Shown piece after piece: positions 7,979-15,443 of a stretch of 36,378 nucleotides of DNA (position 1 is its first letter; each line of letters begins with the position of its first letter). Origin of the DNA: a virus (Duplodnaviria > Caudoviricetes); IMG/VR virus record IMGVR_UViG_3300039305_000017, positions 1 through 36,378 of that record; one strand, 5' to 3'. Both the position numbers and the translations under genes were made by a program. The notes beneath the pieces are model-generated. The model did no database searches. It saw only the letters and a program-made list of their open reading frames with translations, and was not told the origin of the DNA.

Positions 7979-8804
7979 TGCGGAACTCCCAATTCTGATA
8001 GGCTGCGTTGAACGCCTGCATTTTCATGAATGCCTGCCGGAAGTGCTTGTTGATCCCTGGCGCGGCGTACTTTGGGCACTGAAGGATCAATTCGTCTGGT
8101 GAGCCTTTGACGTCGCATAGATCCGAAAGGGCCATCTCCAATCCAACCCTTTCCTTCCCCCACTCGTCGGTAGCGGCTCTTTCGACCTGCAAATCATCAA
8201 GCGAGTTTCCGGCGAGCGTTTCCCTCCTCTCTGCCTTCGGCATGGTTGAAGCGGCCTTCTGTAGCTCAGGGCGAAGCTGAACCACCTTCGAAGCTTCGTT
8301 CAGTGTCATGTTGCCAGCCTCGACGGCCCTCGCGACTTCTGGCTCCCCCTTTGAGGCCACCTGCTTCGCCGTTCGAACTGAACGCTCGGAAACGTTGAGG
8401 AGCTTCGCCGCCTCGGACTGGGGCACTGGTGAAACCGGCAAATTTGCCGATTTCGAATGATTGCCCTTAGGCATGTTTGCCAACTTTGCGGCCACCATAG
8501 CGCGCTGACTTTCAGTGAGGTGCCGCCGATGCAGATTCAGAGAGAGGACGTATGAGACAATGTCCGCCTCCTGCCCCTCATAAACTCGCGTTAGCGGCTC
8601 GAGTTTAAGCCAGCGGCAGGCGCGTAGGCGATTGCGTCCGTCGATAACCTCTCCGTTGAACAGCACAATAGGCTCGCGCTGCCCGTTGTCCTTTATGTCG
8701 GCAACGAGGTTTTTCCATTCCTCGTCCGACATCTCCGGAAAGAGGTTTGCCGCCGGGTGGATCTTGAATGACACTTGCGGCTCCGGTTGTTGGAATTTCA
8801 GCAT
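7962..8804 (-). CDS. ParB/Srx N-terminal domain protein with HTH
   Basis: HPAANLFP, DIK.NGQREPI, VIDGRNRLRAC, SLNLHRRHL.ESQRAM; HTH QSEAAKLLNVSERSV. Confidence 0.85.
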   Translation of the reverse strand: MLKFQQPEPQVSFKIHPAANLFPEMSDEEWKNLVADIKDNGQREPIVLFNGEVIDGRNRLRACRWLKLEPLTRVYEGQEADIVSYVLSLNLHRRHLTESQRAMVAAKLANMPKGNHSKSANLPVSPVPQSEAAKLLNVSERSVRTAKQVASKGEPEVARAVEAGNMTLNEASKVVQLRPELQKAASTMPKAERRETLAGNSLDDLQVERAATDEWGKERVGLEMALSDLCDVKGSPDELILQCPKYAAPGINKHFRQAFMKMQAFNAAYQNWEFRNVSDN

Positions 8805-8920
8805 GTAGTCTCCATAGGCGCCCGGCCTGCCAAGCCCGGTAACGCACAGGGGTTCGCTTTCACGAACACCGGGGCCTATGAAGCTGGTGTTCGCGTTACA
8901 TCCCCATGGCAGCGGGGAAT
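8805..8920 (-). promoter_or_regulatory. Structured RNA leader with alternative pairings over the RBS (c4-antisense-like)
   Basis: Complementary pairs 8839-8845/8893-8899, 8863-8870/8886-8893, 8813-8825/8869-8880, 8827-8832/8907-8912, 8901-8905/8914-8918. Confidence 0.6.
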
Positions 8921-8931
8921 CTCTATTAGGG

Positions 8932-9549
8932 TTAGCTGATCAAACTTCTGACAAAGGTCTCGATGAAGTTCTCGGGAGCTGAACTGCCGTAAACTCTGTC
9001 GAAGAACGCTGCTTTAAGCCTTACTTCCTCGATCGTGGAGCATCGGAACTCCATTATCCGGTCTTCGACATCTCCAAGAAGCTTGGCAAGCCTGCGGGTC
9101 TCCACGTCCTGAGCGGCGTAACCGCTTCGTTGTTGCCATGCCGCGTAAGCGGCCTCGCGCTCTCGGAAGGCTTGGATCGCTGCACGACGACGCCCGCTTA
9201 CTAGCTTGTACCGCCTATCGCGCTCCATGGGAGTGAAACACCCCCACCCCACCTGCTGCCGTTCCCTGTCGAAGAGGGCATTGATGTCCTTAATCGAAAA
9301 TAGTTCTCTGGTGGGAAAACCGCAGTAGAAAGGCCCGAATTCCGATGGGACGATGTGAGGGAAAGGCGGGCGGTCGCCTCTTTGCGAGATTTCCCCTTGT
9401 TTGGTGTCCGAAGTGTTGAACAATGCCTCCAGAGTGCTGTGTTGAGCAAGGAGCGCTGACAGATCATTGGACGGGTCTTGAGGCGCCAAAGCTGCGGCGG
9501 GTGTAGCGGAGGCGAGAAGCGCCCCTTTCAGGAAGAGCCTTCTGTCCAT
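8932..9549 (-). CDS. Hypothetical phage protein with a twin-arginine-like N-terminus
   Basis: MDRRLFLKGALLASATPAAALA; TGATG coupling at 9547-9551. Confidence 0.75.
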   Translation of the reverse strand: MDRRLFLKGALLASATPAAALAPQDPSNDLSALLAQHSTLEALFNTSDTKQGEISQRGDRPPFPHIVPSEFGPFYCGFPTRELFSIKDINALFDRERQQVGWGCFTPMERDRRYKLVSGRRRAAIQAFREREAAYAAWQQRSGYAAQDVETRRLAKLLGDVEDRIMEFRCSTIEEVRLKAAFFDRVYGSSAPENFIETFVRSLIS

Positions 9550-9809
9550 CACACCATCCTCCGCTTGACCGTCCTCAGGCACGCATCCTCCTTGGCAAGA
9601 TCAGGAGTGATTGTGATGAACTGTTGCTCATGGTTGACCGTGAACTTCCACTCACCGCCATGCACCTCCTGCATCATTTCGCTTAGGACTTTGGTGATGA
9701 CGTGGATACCGCGTATAGCTGAATTAGCGTCAGTGACGGCCGTATTGAGAAGGGATTTCAGTCTGCCCTTTTGCGCAGCGCTCGTTCTGGTACGATGTGA
9801 CTTAGCCAT
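9549..9809 (-). CDS. Hypothetical protein (86 aa)
   Basis: RBS GGAGG; coupled to the downstream gene. Confidence 0.7.
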   Translation of the reverse strand: MAKSHRTRTSAAQKGRLKSLLNTAVTDANSAIRGIHVITKVLSEMMQEVHGGEWKFTVNHEQQFITITPDLAKEDACLRTVKRRMV

Positions 9810-9888
9810 TCGATGATCCTCCAGTGATCTTCGTTTCGGTTAGGGCCGTTGCAAGATTGCCGTCTTGCTTCGGCCTGTTTGTTTGAGG

Positions 9889-10227
9889 TTAGTTTCTGAC
9901 GCTCAGTACTGCGATCTGAGCGATAAGCGCGGCGCGGTCGTCAGCAACGCGATGGCTACGCAGGCCAAACGGGCGGCTGTCGATGCGCATCAGTTCATTT
10001 GTCAGTTCGCGTACACGTTCGGCAGCACGATCACCGTAGTCAGCGAGTGCCTTCGCCTGTGCAGCGGCGGCAGATGCTTCCGACTTAGCAATGCGCCATG
10101 CGATCGACAGGCAGTTGGAGAACGACGCATCGACGATGCCGCGTTCGATCTGCCACGACGCGTAGAACTTGCGAAACTCGCGATACTTGGCCCAGGCCTT
10201 CTTCATGATTTCTGCGCGGTTGAACAT
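9889..10227 (-). CDS. Hypothetical phage protein (MFNRAEIMKKAW type)
   Basis: RBS GAGGAG before ATG 10227; EIMK.AW...F..CL..AW pattern. Confidence 0.75.
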   Translation of the reverse strand: MFNRAEIMKKAWAKYREFRKFYASWQIERGIVDASFSNCLSIAWRIAKSEASAAAAQAKALADYGDRAAERVRELTNELMRIDSRPFGLRSHRVADDRAALIAQIAVLSVRN

Positions 10228-10242
10228 TTTAGTTGCTCCTCT

Positions 10243-10311
10243 GTATCGTTGGTGATACCTAGGTAGCACGATCAAACCTTAAGTTCAATACCTAAATCGC
10301 AGAAATGATAC
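10243..10311. promoter_or_regulatory. Divergent promoter/operator region for the XRE regulator
   Basis: GTATC-N6-GATAC (10243-10258), palindrome TACCTAGGTA (10256-10265), repeated ATACCTA and TGATAC; minus-strand TTGAAC at 10283-10288. Confidence 0.5.
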
Positions 10312-10324
10312 GCAGGGCTCACAT

Positions 10325-10588
10325 ATGACTATTACAGCAGAGCAACTCCGGGCTGCACGAGCACTCCTGAAGATGGAGCAGCGTGCGCTAGCTGAAGCTG
10401 CTGACGTGCCGGTTCAGACCTTGAAACGATATGAAGGAGGGACCGGTCCACTCGCTGGGAACTACCAGAACATCTCTTCGATAATCAGAGTCATCGAGCA
10501 AGCCGGCGTCGTTTTTGTAGCATCTGGCGAAACCAGTACGGCCGGAGACGGCGTCCGCTTCAAAGGCGGCGAAGACGCGGGCGCTTGA
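10325..10588 (+). CDS. XRE-family helix-turn-helix regulator
   Basis: QLRAARALLKMEQ..LA.AA.V...TLKRYE.G, C-terminal GV.F...GDGVR. Confidence 0.9.
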   Translation: MTITAEQLRAARALLKMEQRALAEAADVPVQTLKRYEGGTGPLAGNYQNISSIIRVIEQAGVVFVASGETSTAGDGVRFKGGEDAGA

Positions 10589-10589
10589 G

Positions 10590-11237
10590 ATGACCCCACC
10601 TCCCGCCAGACCCAAAATCTACCACATCGTGAACGTGGACAAGTTACCGTCGATAATCGCGTCCAAGCGGCTCTATAGCGATGCCGAGGTCATTAGGCGG
10701 CAATTAGGCGGGACCGTCATCGGGATGAACACCATCAAGGAGCGCCGTCTCCGCTTACCCGTAGATTGCCATGACGACATCAAAGTCGGTGAGTGCGTGC
10801 CTTTCTATTTCTGTCCGCGATCCGTCATGCTTTACGTCATCCATAAAAAAGACAATCCCGAGCTTGAGTATAAGGGTGGGCAAGAACCTATCGTCCATTT
10901 GGAAGCTGACCTAAACAAGGTGATAGCCGCAGCCGACGCGAAGGATAGGCCTTGGGCCTTTACTACTTCGAATGCAGGAGCGCGCTACACCGAGTTTTAT
11001 TCAGACACTGACAATCTGAGCGAGATAAATTGGGAAGCGGTTCGACAGAACACATGGTGGCCTAGCGAAATCAAAGAGGCCAAACAAGCTGAGTTCCTGA
11101 TCTACAAGAGCTTTCCCTGGAAGCTGGTCGACAAGATCGTCGTGTATTCCGAATCGACCGCAAGCGCGGTAGCAAGAGCATTAGTTGGTGCCGAGCACAG
11201 ACCTCCCGTCGAGATTAATCGTCAGTGGTACTACTGA
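10590..11237 (+). CDS. darT: DarT toxin, ssDNA ADP-ribosyltransferase (DUF4433)
   Basis: IYHI...LPSI, VPFYFCPRSVMLY, FT.SNA, catalytic KQAEFL motif, C-terminal WYY. Confidence 0.92.
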   Translation: MTPPPARPKIYHIVNVDKLPSIIASKRLYSDAEVIRRQLGGTVIGMNTIKERRLRLPVDCHDDIKVGECVPFYFCPRSVMLYVIHKKDNPELEYKGGQEPIVHLEADLNKVIAAADAKDRPWAFTTSNAGARYTEFYSDTDNLSEINWEAVRQNTWWPSEIKEAKQAEFLIYKSFPWKLVDKIVVYSESTASAVARALVGAEHRPPVEINRQWYY

Positions 11238-11246
11238 GAGAGAGCC

Positions 11247-12305
11247 ATGATTAAGTTTCACAAAGGCAACATCCTAGAAGCCGACGTCGAGGCACTCGTC
11301 AACACGGTGAATTGTGTCGGCATCATGGGCCGCGGCATCGCGCTCCAGTTCAAAAACATGTTCCCCGACAACTTCAAAGCCTATGCTGCCGCCTGCGAGC
11401 GGAACGCTGTCCAGCCGGGGCTAATGTTTACTTATCGTACCAACGAACTGACCTTCCCGCACTTCATCGTCAACTTCCCGACTAAGCGCCATTGGAAAGG
11501 CAAAAGCCGGATGGCTGATATCGATGCGGGCTTGAATGATCTTGTTGAGACGATCCGCAGGAACAACATCAAATCAATAGCGATCCCCGCTCTGGGGTCT
11601 GGCCTAGGCGGGTTGAATTGGGACGACGTCCGCCCTCGCATTGTTGCGGCTATGCAAGACTTGGATGATGTTGACGTAGTCATCTATGAACCCGCAGGCG
11701 CCCCGGATACGGCTGCTATCGCTCGTAACAGGTCCGTCCCTAATATGACCCCCGGCCGTGCCGCATTAGTGTCTCTCCTTCAGCGGTATCGGCGCGGTCT
11801 CATGGACCCATTTGTTACTCTGCTTGAGGCACATAAACTGATGTACTTCATGCAGGTGGCCGGTGAGTCTCTAAAGCTGAACTATGCAAAGGGGTCTTAC
11901 GGCCCTTATGCCGAAAATCTTCGCCACGTGTTCCGGTCCATCGAAGGCCACCTCGTTACTGGATACGCTGACGGCGGCGACGATCCCCGAAAGCAGCTTG
12001 AGCTAGTCCCGGGCGCGCCGGAAGATGCGGAGCGTTTTCTCGAAGGTCGCTCTGACACTCTTGAGCGCTTCGAGCGTGTAGCCGATTTGGTCGACGGTTT
12101 TGAGACGCCGTTTGGCCTTGAGTTGCTCGCTACGGTGCACTGGGTTGCTACACACGAAGGCGCCTCTGATCCCGCTTCTGCGGTTGTTGCAATCCACAAC
12201 TGGAGTGAGCGGAAGAAGCAGTTCACCCCCGCTCAAATCCGACTGGCCTATAAGATCCTTGACGATAAGGGCTGGCTGTCGACTTCCAACCAATTGGCCG
12301 CTTAA
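11247..12305 (+). CDS. darG: DarG antitoxin, macrodomain DNA ADP-ribosyl glycohydrolase
   Basis: ALVNTVNCVGIMGRGIALQFK, NFPTKRHW, IPALGSGLGGL.W; C-terminal KLMYF.Q, YGPYA and GLELLATVHW. Confidence 0.93.
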   Translation: MIKFHKGNILEADVEALVNTVNCVGIMGRGIALQFKNMFPDNFKAYAAACERNAVQPGLMFTYRTNELTFPHFIVNFPTKRHWKGKSRMADIDAGLNDLVETIRRNNIKSIAIPALGSGLGGLNWDDVRPRIVAAMQDLDDVDVVIYEPAGAPDTAAIARNRSVPNMTPGRAALVSLLQRYRRGLMDPFVTLLEAHKLMYFMQVAGESLKLNYAKGSYGPYAENLRHVFRSIEGHLVTGYADGGDDPRKQLELVPGAPEDAERFLEGRSDTLERFERVADLVDGFETPFGLELLATVHWVATHEGASDPASAVVAIHNWSERKKQFTPAQIRLAYKILDDKGWLSTSNQLAA

Positions 12306-12322
12306 AGGGGCCCTCCATGACG

Positions 12323-12346
12323 ACCCGAGGCAGGCCCTCGGGTTTT
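12323..12346 (+). terminator. Terminator after darG
   Basis: ACCCGAGG CAGGC CCTCGGGT followed by TTT. Confidence 0.65.
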
Positions 12347-12398
12347 CATGGCCTGCATCCCCTGTTTCATTTTGCAAACCATCCCCTCCTAAGCCTCA

Positions 12399-12444
12399 CC
12401 GCTGCACTGCTTGCACGATGGCGTTCATGATGTTCTCCGATGTT
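12399..12444. repeat. 46-bp direct repeat, copy 2
   Basis: CCGCTGCACTGCTTGCACGATGGCGTTCATGATGTTCTCCGATGTT. Confidence 0.92.
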
Positions 12445-12489
12445 TGACTAAGACGTTGTCGAGGAGTAGGTCAGCCGCCGGAGTTGGCT

Positions 12490-12705
12490 ATGACTGATCT
12501 AATCCCTGACGAAATTGAGACTCTAAGAATGCTGGCTGGCCAGTTGCCGCGCCGCATCGGTGTAGTTCAGATGATCTGCATAATGCAGCTCTCCGCATTC
12601 GGCTTTTGCACCCCAGAGGAGCCACCGCAGATCACGGATGTGGGGATCGCGCAGTTAGAACAGGCAACCGGCATCATCGACTTCAGGTCAAGAAGGAAGA
12701 CCTGA
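12490..12705 (+). CDS. Small hypothetical protein
   Basis: GGAG then ATG 12490; MTDLIPDEIETLRMLAGQ... Confidence 0.65.
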   Translation: MTDLIPDEIETLRMLAGQLPRRIGVVQMICIMQLSAFGFCTPEEPPQITDVGIAQLEQATGIIDFRSRRKT

Positions 12706-12750
12706 CGCCGCCACCGCATGCACGGGTGCACATAGCGCTCCGATGTTGAT
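12705..12750. repeat. Degenerate third copy of the repeat
   Basis: Shares ACGCCGC, TGCACG and the 13-mer CTCCGATGTTGAT with copy 1 in the same order. Confidence 0.55.
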
Positions 12751-12796
12751 GATGGACGACCGGCGTCCGTTCTGTCAGAAGCAGCCGCGTTTCGTA

Positions 12797-15421
12797 CTAA
12801 GAGACTGTCGTCCACACCGCAGCCCCAGCATCGTCAATCGTGAGCCGTCGCCTTGTTGCGCCGTTCGGACTCGTAAGGATGACGCCAGCGCCCGGCATGA
12901 GCAGCCGGGCATTTCCGAAATGCTCCAGCAGGAGCGCCTCCAGAAGAGCCTCATTGCCTGTCGTGTTGGTGTCTCCGACGAAGAATGAGAGACCTACCTC
13001 CTTGTCATCGGACGAACCCTGGCGGGGGATGATAGCGGCGCCGCGGCGTGAGCTGCCAAGGCGGGAGAACTCGATACCTGCACCATAGTTTCCACTACCG
13101 GCTGTCGCTCGCGAGCCATTCAGGAACAGACCGGTTGGCGCCCCGGCTGCGGACGAGAAAACGCCAGCGAGAAGTTCAAGTGCTGCGGTCCCGCGGTTGG
13201 TTGCCGCCCGGCCGACAGACCGTGTGTTGGTCCAGGCAACATCGACCAGAAAGTTGTCGCTGTTGGGCACGCCCAGATAGACAGGCGCGACGGAGCCGGA
13301 GACCCGGCCCTTCAGTTCGAACACATCTGACAGGGTGCCTCCGTCCCAACGGACGAGATTGACGAGGAAGCCGCTGATGTTGTCGAGGCCGATCGATACC
13401 TTGCCGACCCGAAATGCGGTGTTGACGCCGATTGCGTTGTTGCCGTTGCAGACGCCATGAAGCCGACCAATGCGAACATTGGTCACGTCGCCGCCGAACT
13501 GACCGGCATCGATATCGGAGGTGCCATCGATCGAGATGAAGCCGGAATTGACACCCGTCCCGCCGATGGCGGCGATTTCGATGTCGTCGACGTCGTTCAA
13601 CTGCACCAGGTACTGCGAAGAGACTGCTGCTCCATCTCGGAATGCTGCGCAATTCCCGATCTTGATGCTTCGCGCGTGAGACAATCGGATGAGTTCTTCG
13701 TTCCCGACCACATCAGTATCACCAGCATCGATCCCAACAACGTTGCCTATCTGACCATTCCAGGCCGCCTCCATCACTTCCAGCGCGCTGCTGGTATCCG
13801 GGGTGGTGACGTTGCGGTCGAGAGTGGCCACTGTGTTGCTTGTGATGGAAGCGATACGGTAGATCTCGCCTGTGTCTGATATACGGACATTGCTGCCTCG
13901 CTTCAGAGCCGTCAGGAATGAGGTTCCAGTACCGGTGAGCGTGGGGCTGCCCGCAGCGACCGCCACTGTCCCAGCCACCGTTGTTTTAAGTGTCGGATTG
14001 ATCTTGATCGGGCATCCGCCTGAGCGAATAGCTGTCACGTCCCCGATTTTGAAGTTCTTTGTGACCGCCCAAGCGCCCTCCGAACCGCCGATCCGGATAG
14101 GATGCTCACCTGCATCTTCAATCCAGCAATCGCCGATATCCCAATTCGTGCATCCGACGATCAGCACGCCATTGTGGCCAGGAGACTTCGCAGCGTTGGG
14201 GCTACGCCCGGCACACCAGACTCCGCCGAGGCTAAATTCCGTGAATGTCGCCCGGAAGGCCCGGACATAATCCTCGACATCCAGAAAGCCTATCCGGCAA
14301 CCGGTTGTCTGCGCCACGATGCTGGTATTGTGGAGGTGGAGCGGTCGGTCGATCTTGCGGGTATAAATGTAGTCGATCTGCGTGTTTTGCGGGTTCACGA
14401 CAATGCCACCGCCCGCGCGTTGCGCCGCCGCTACCAGGCTCAGCCGTCCGCCGAGAACGCCCAAACCGACCTCGACCACGTCGGTGTTAAGCTCTGTGCC
14501 CGACGTCTGGATGAAGATTGCATCGAATTGAACAAGGTTGCCGATAACAACGTCTTTATCTGCACCAGTCTGTACGCCAGAGGGAGCAATCGTAGCCCCT
14601 TCGGCTATAAGTTTCGAGCCCGCCGCAAGGACTAACCGCGAAACCGCATAGGTTCTCCCCGCTGTGAGGTTCACACGACCTCCGCTGCTTGCAGACAGGT
14701 TAGATGCATCAAGTATCGCCTGATAAGCATCTGCCGGGTTCCACGACGGCATCAGTTCCGGGAAGATGTACCCAGAGCCCGCGAGCGCGGCTGCAGCCTC
14801 CGCGCGATCAGCAGCCGCCTCTGCGGCAGCTACGATTGCTGCGCTCGCCTGGTCGCTCAACAAACGGAACGTCGTACCTGCGACGGTGCCAAGCACGATC
14901 ATCCCCGACACCAGACCGCCCGCGATGACATCGTTCCCGCTGTTGGTCTTGATCGTGAAAGGCGTGCCGCCGTTGAAGCTGACAGTGACAGGAGAGCCGG
15001 TGTTGGTGTCTGCAATGTTCATCCACACCAGCGCCGAGCTCGACACAGGAATGGAGGTTGTCGCCTGGATAGCGTTGGGAGTGCCAGCCCCGGCATCAGA
15101 GGCGATGATGAAGCTGAACGGCAGATCTCCGCGGCGGGTCCACGATCCAGCGTTCGCCGCGCCGACTTTGCCATAGATCCCGTTGTTCGCGACCACAGGA
15201 TCGCCCAGCACCCATGCCATTGAGTTGGCCGCTTTGGTGAGATCGGCATCCAGAGCGGCTTTGCTGGAATAGATCAGGCCGCCGCCCGTTACGAAGAGTG
15301 AGACAAGCCGCTCGAGCTCAGTGCCCCAAACTCCTACCTCCTGCTCGGAGATGGCGCGCGCATTGCCGTTCTCGTCAGCAGACGCAAAGATCTGCTGAGC
15401 AAGCTTCGAAAAGATGCCCAT
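12797..15421 (-). CDS. Tailspike/tail fibre, receptor-binding protein with a probable parallel beta-helix
   Basis: 874 aa; N-terminal anchor, AAEAAADRAEAAA linker, YQAILDA...GGRVNL..GRTYAVS beta-helix cap, G/N/D/I/V-rich body; last tail gene. Confidence 0.85.
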   Translation of the reverse strand: MGIFSKLAQQIFASADENGNARAISEQEVGVWGTELERLVSLFVTGGGLIYSSKAALDADLTKAANSMAWVLGDPVVANNGIYGKVGAANAGSWTRRGDLPFSFIIASDAGAGTPNAIQATTSIPVSSSALVWMNIADTNTGSPVTVSFNGGTPFTIKTNSGNDVIAGGLVSGMIVLGTVAGTTFRLLSDQASAAIVAAAEAAADRAEAAAALAGSGYIFPELMPSWNPADAYQAILDASNLSASSGGRVNLTAGRTYAVSRLVLAAGSKLIAEGATIAPSGVQTGADKDVVIGNLVQFDAIFIQTSGTELNTDVVEVGLGVLGGRLSLVAAAQRAGGGIVVNPQNTQIDYIYTRKIDRPLHLHNTSIVAQTTGCRIGFLDVEDYVRAFRATFTEFSLGGVWCAGRSPNAAKSPGHNGVLIVGCTNWDIGDCWIEDAGEHPIRIGGSEGAWAVTKNFKIGDVTAIRSGGCPIKINPTLKTTVAGTVAVAAGSPTLTGTGTSFLTALKRGSNVRISDTGEIYRIASITSNTVATLDRNVTTPDTSSALEVMEAAWNGQIGNVVGIDAGDTDVVGNEELIRLSHARSIKIGNCAAFRDGAAVSSQYLVQLNDVDDIEIAAIGGTGVNSGFISIDGTSDIDAGQFGGDVTNVRIGRLHGVCNGNNAIGVNTAFRVGKVSIGLDNISGFLVNLVRWDGGTLSDVFELKGRVSGSVAPVYLGVPNSDNFLVDVAWTNTRSVGRAATNRGTAALELLAGVFSSAAGAPTGLFLNGSRATAGSGNYGAGIEFSRLGSSRRGAAIIPRQGSSDDKEVGLSFFVGDTNTTGNEALLEALLLEHFGNARLLMPGAGVILTSPNGATRRRLTIDDAGAAVWTTVS

Positions 15422-15443
15422 GGAAAGCTTCCTAATGTGAGGG

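Noticed and set aside
6555-12750. Repeats as a CRISPR array, attL/attR or integron attC sites
   Set aside because: Spacing is kilobases and irregular, there are no cas or integrase genes in the window, the copies are not palindromic, and phage genes continue on both sides
12797-15421. Diversity-generating retroelement or invertible tail-fibre switch
   Set aside because: No reverse transcriptase, invertase, duplicated C-terminal template or flanking inverted repeats were seen
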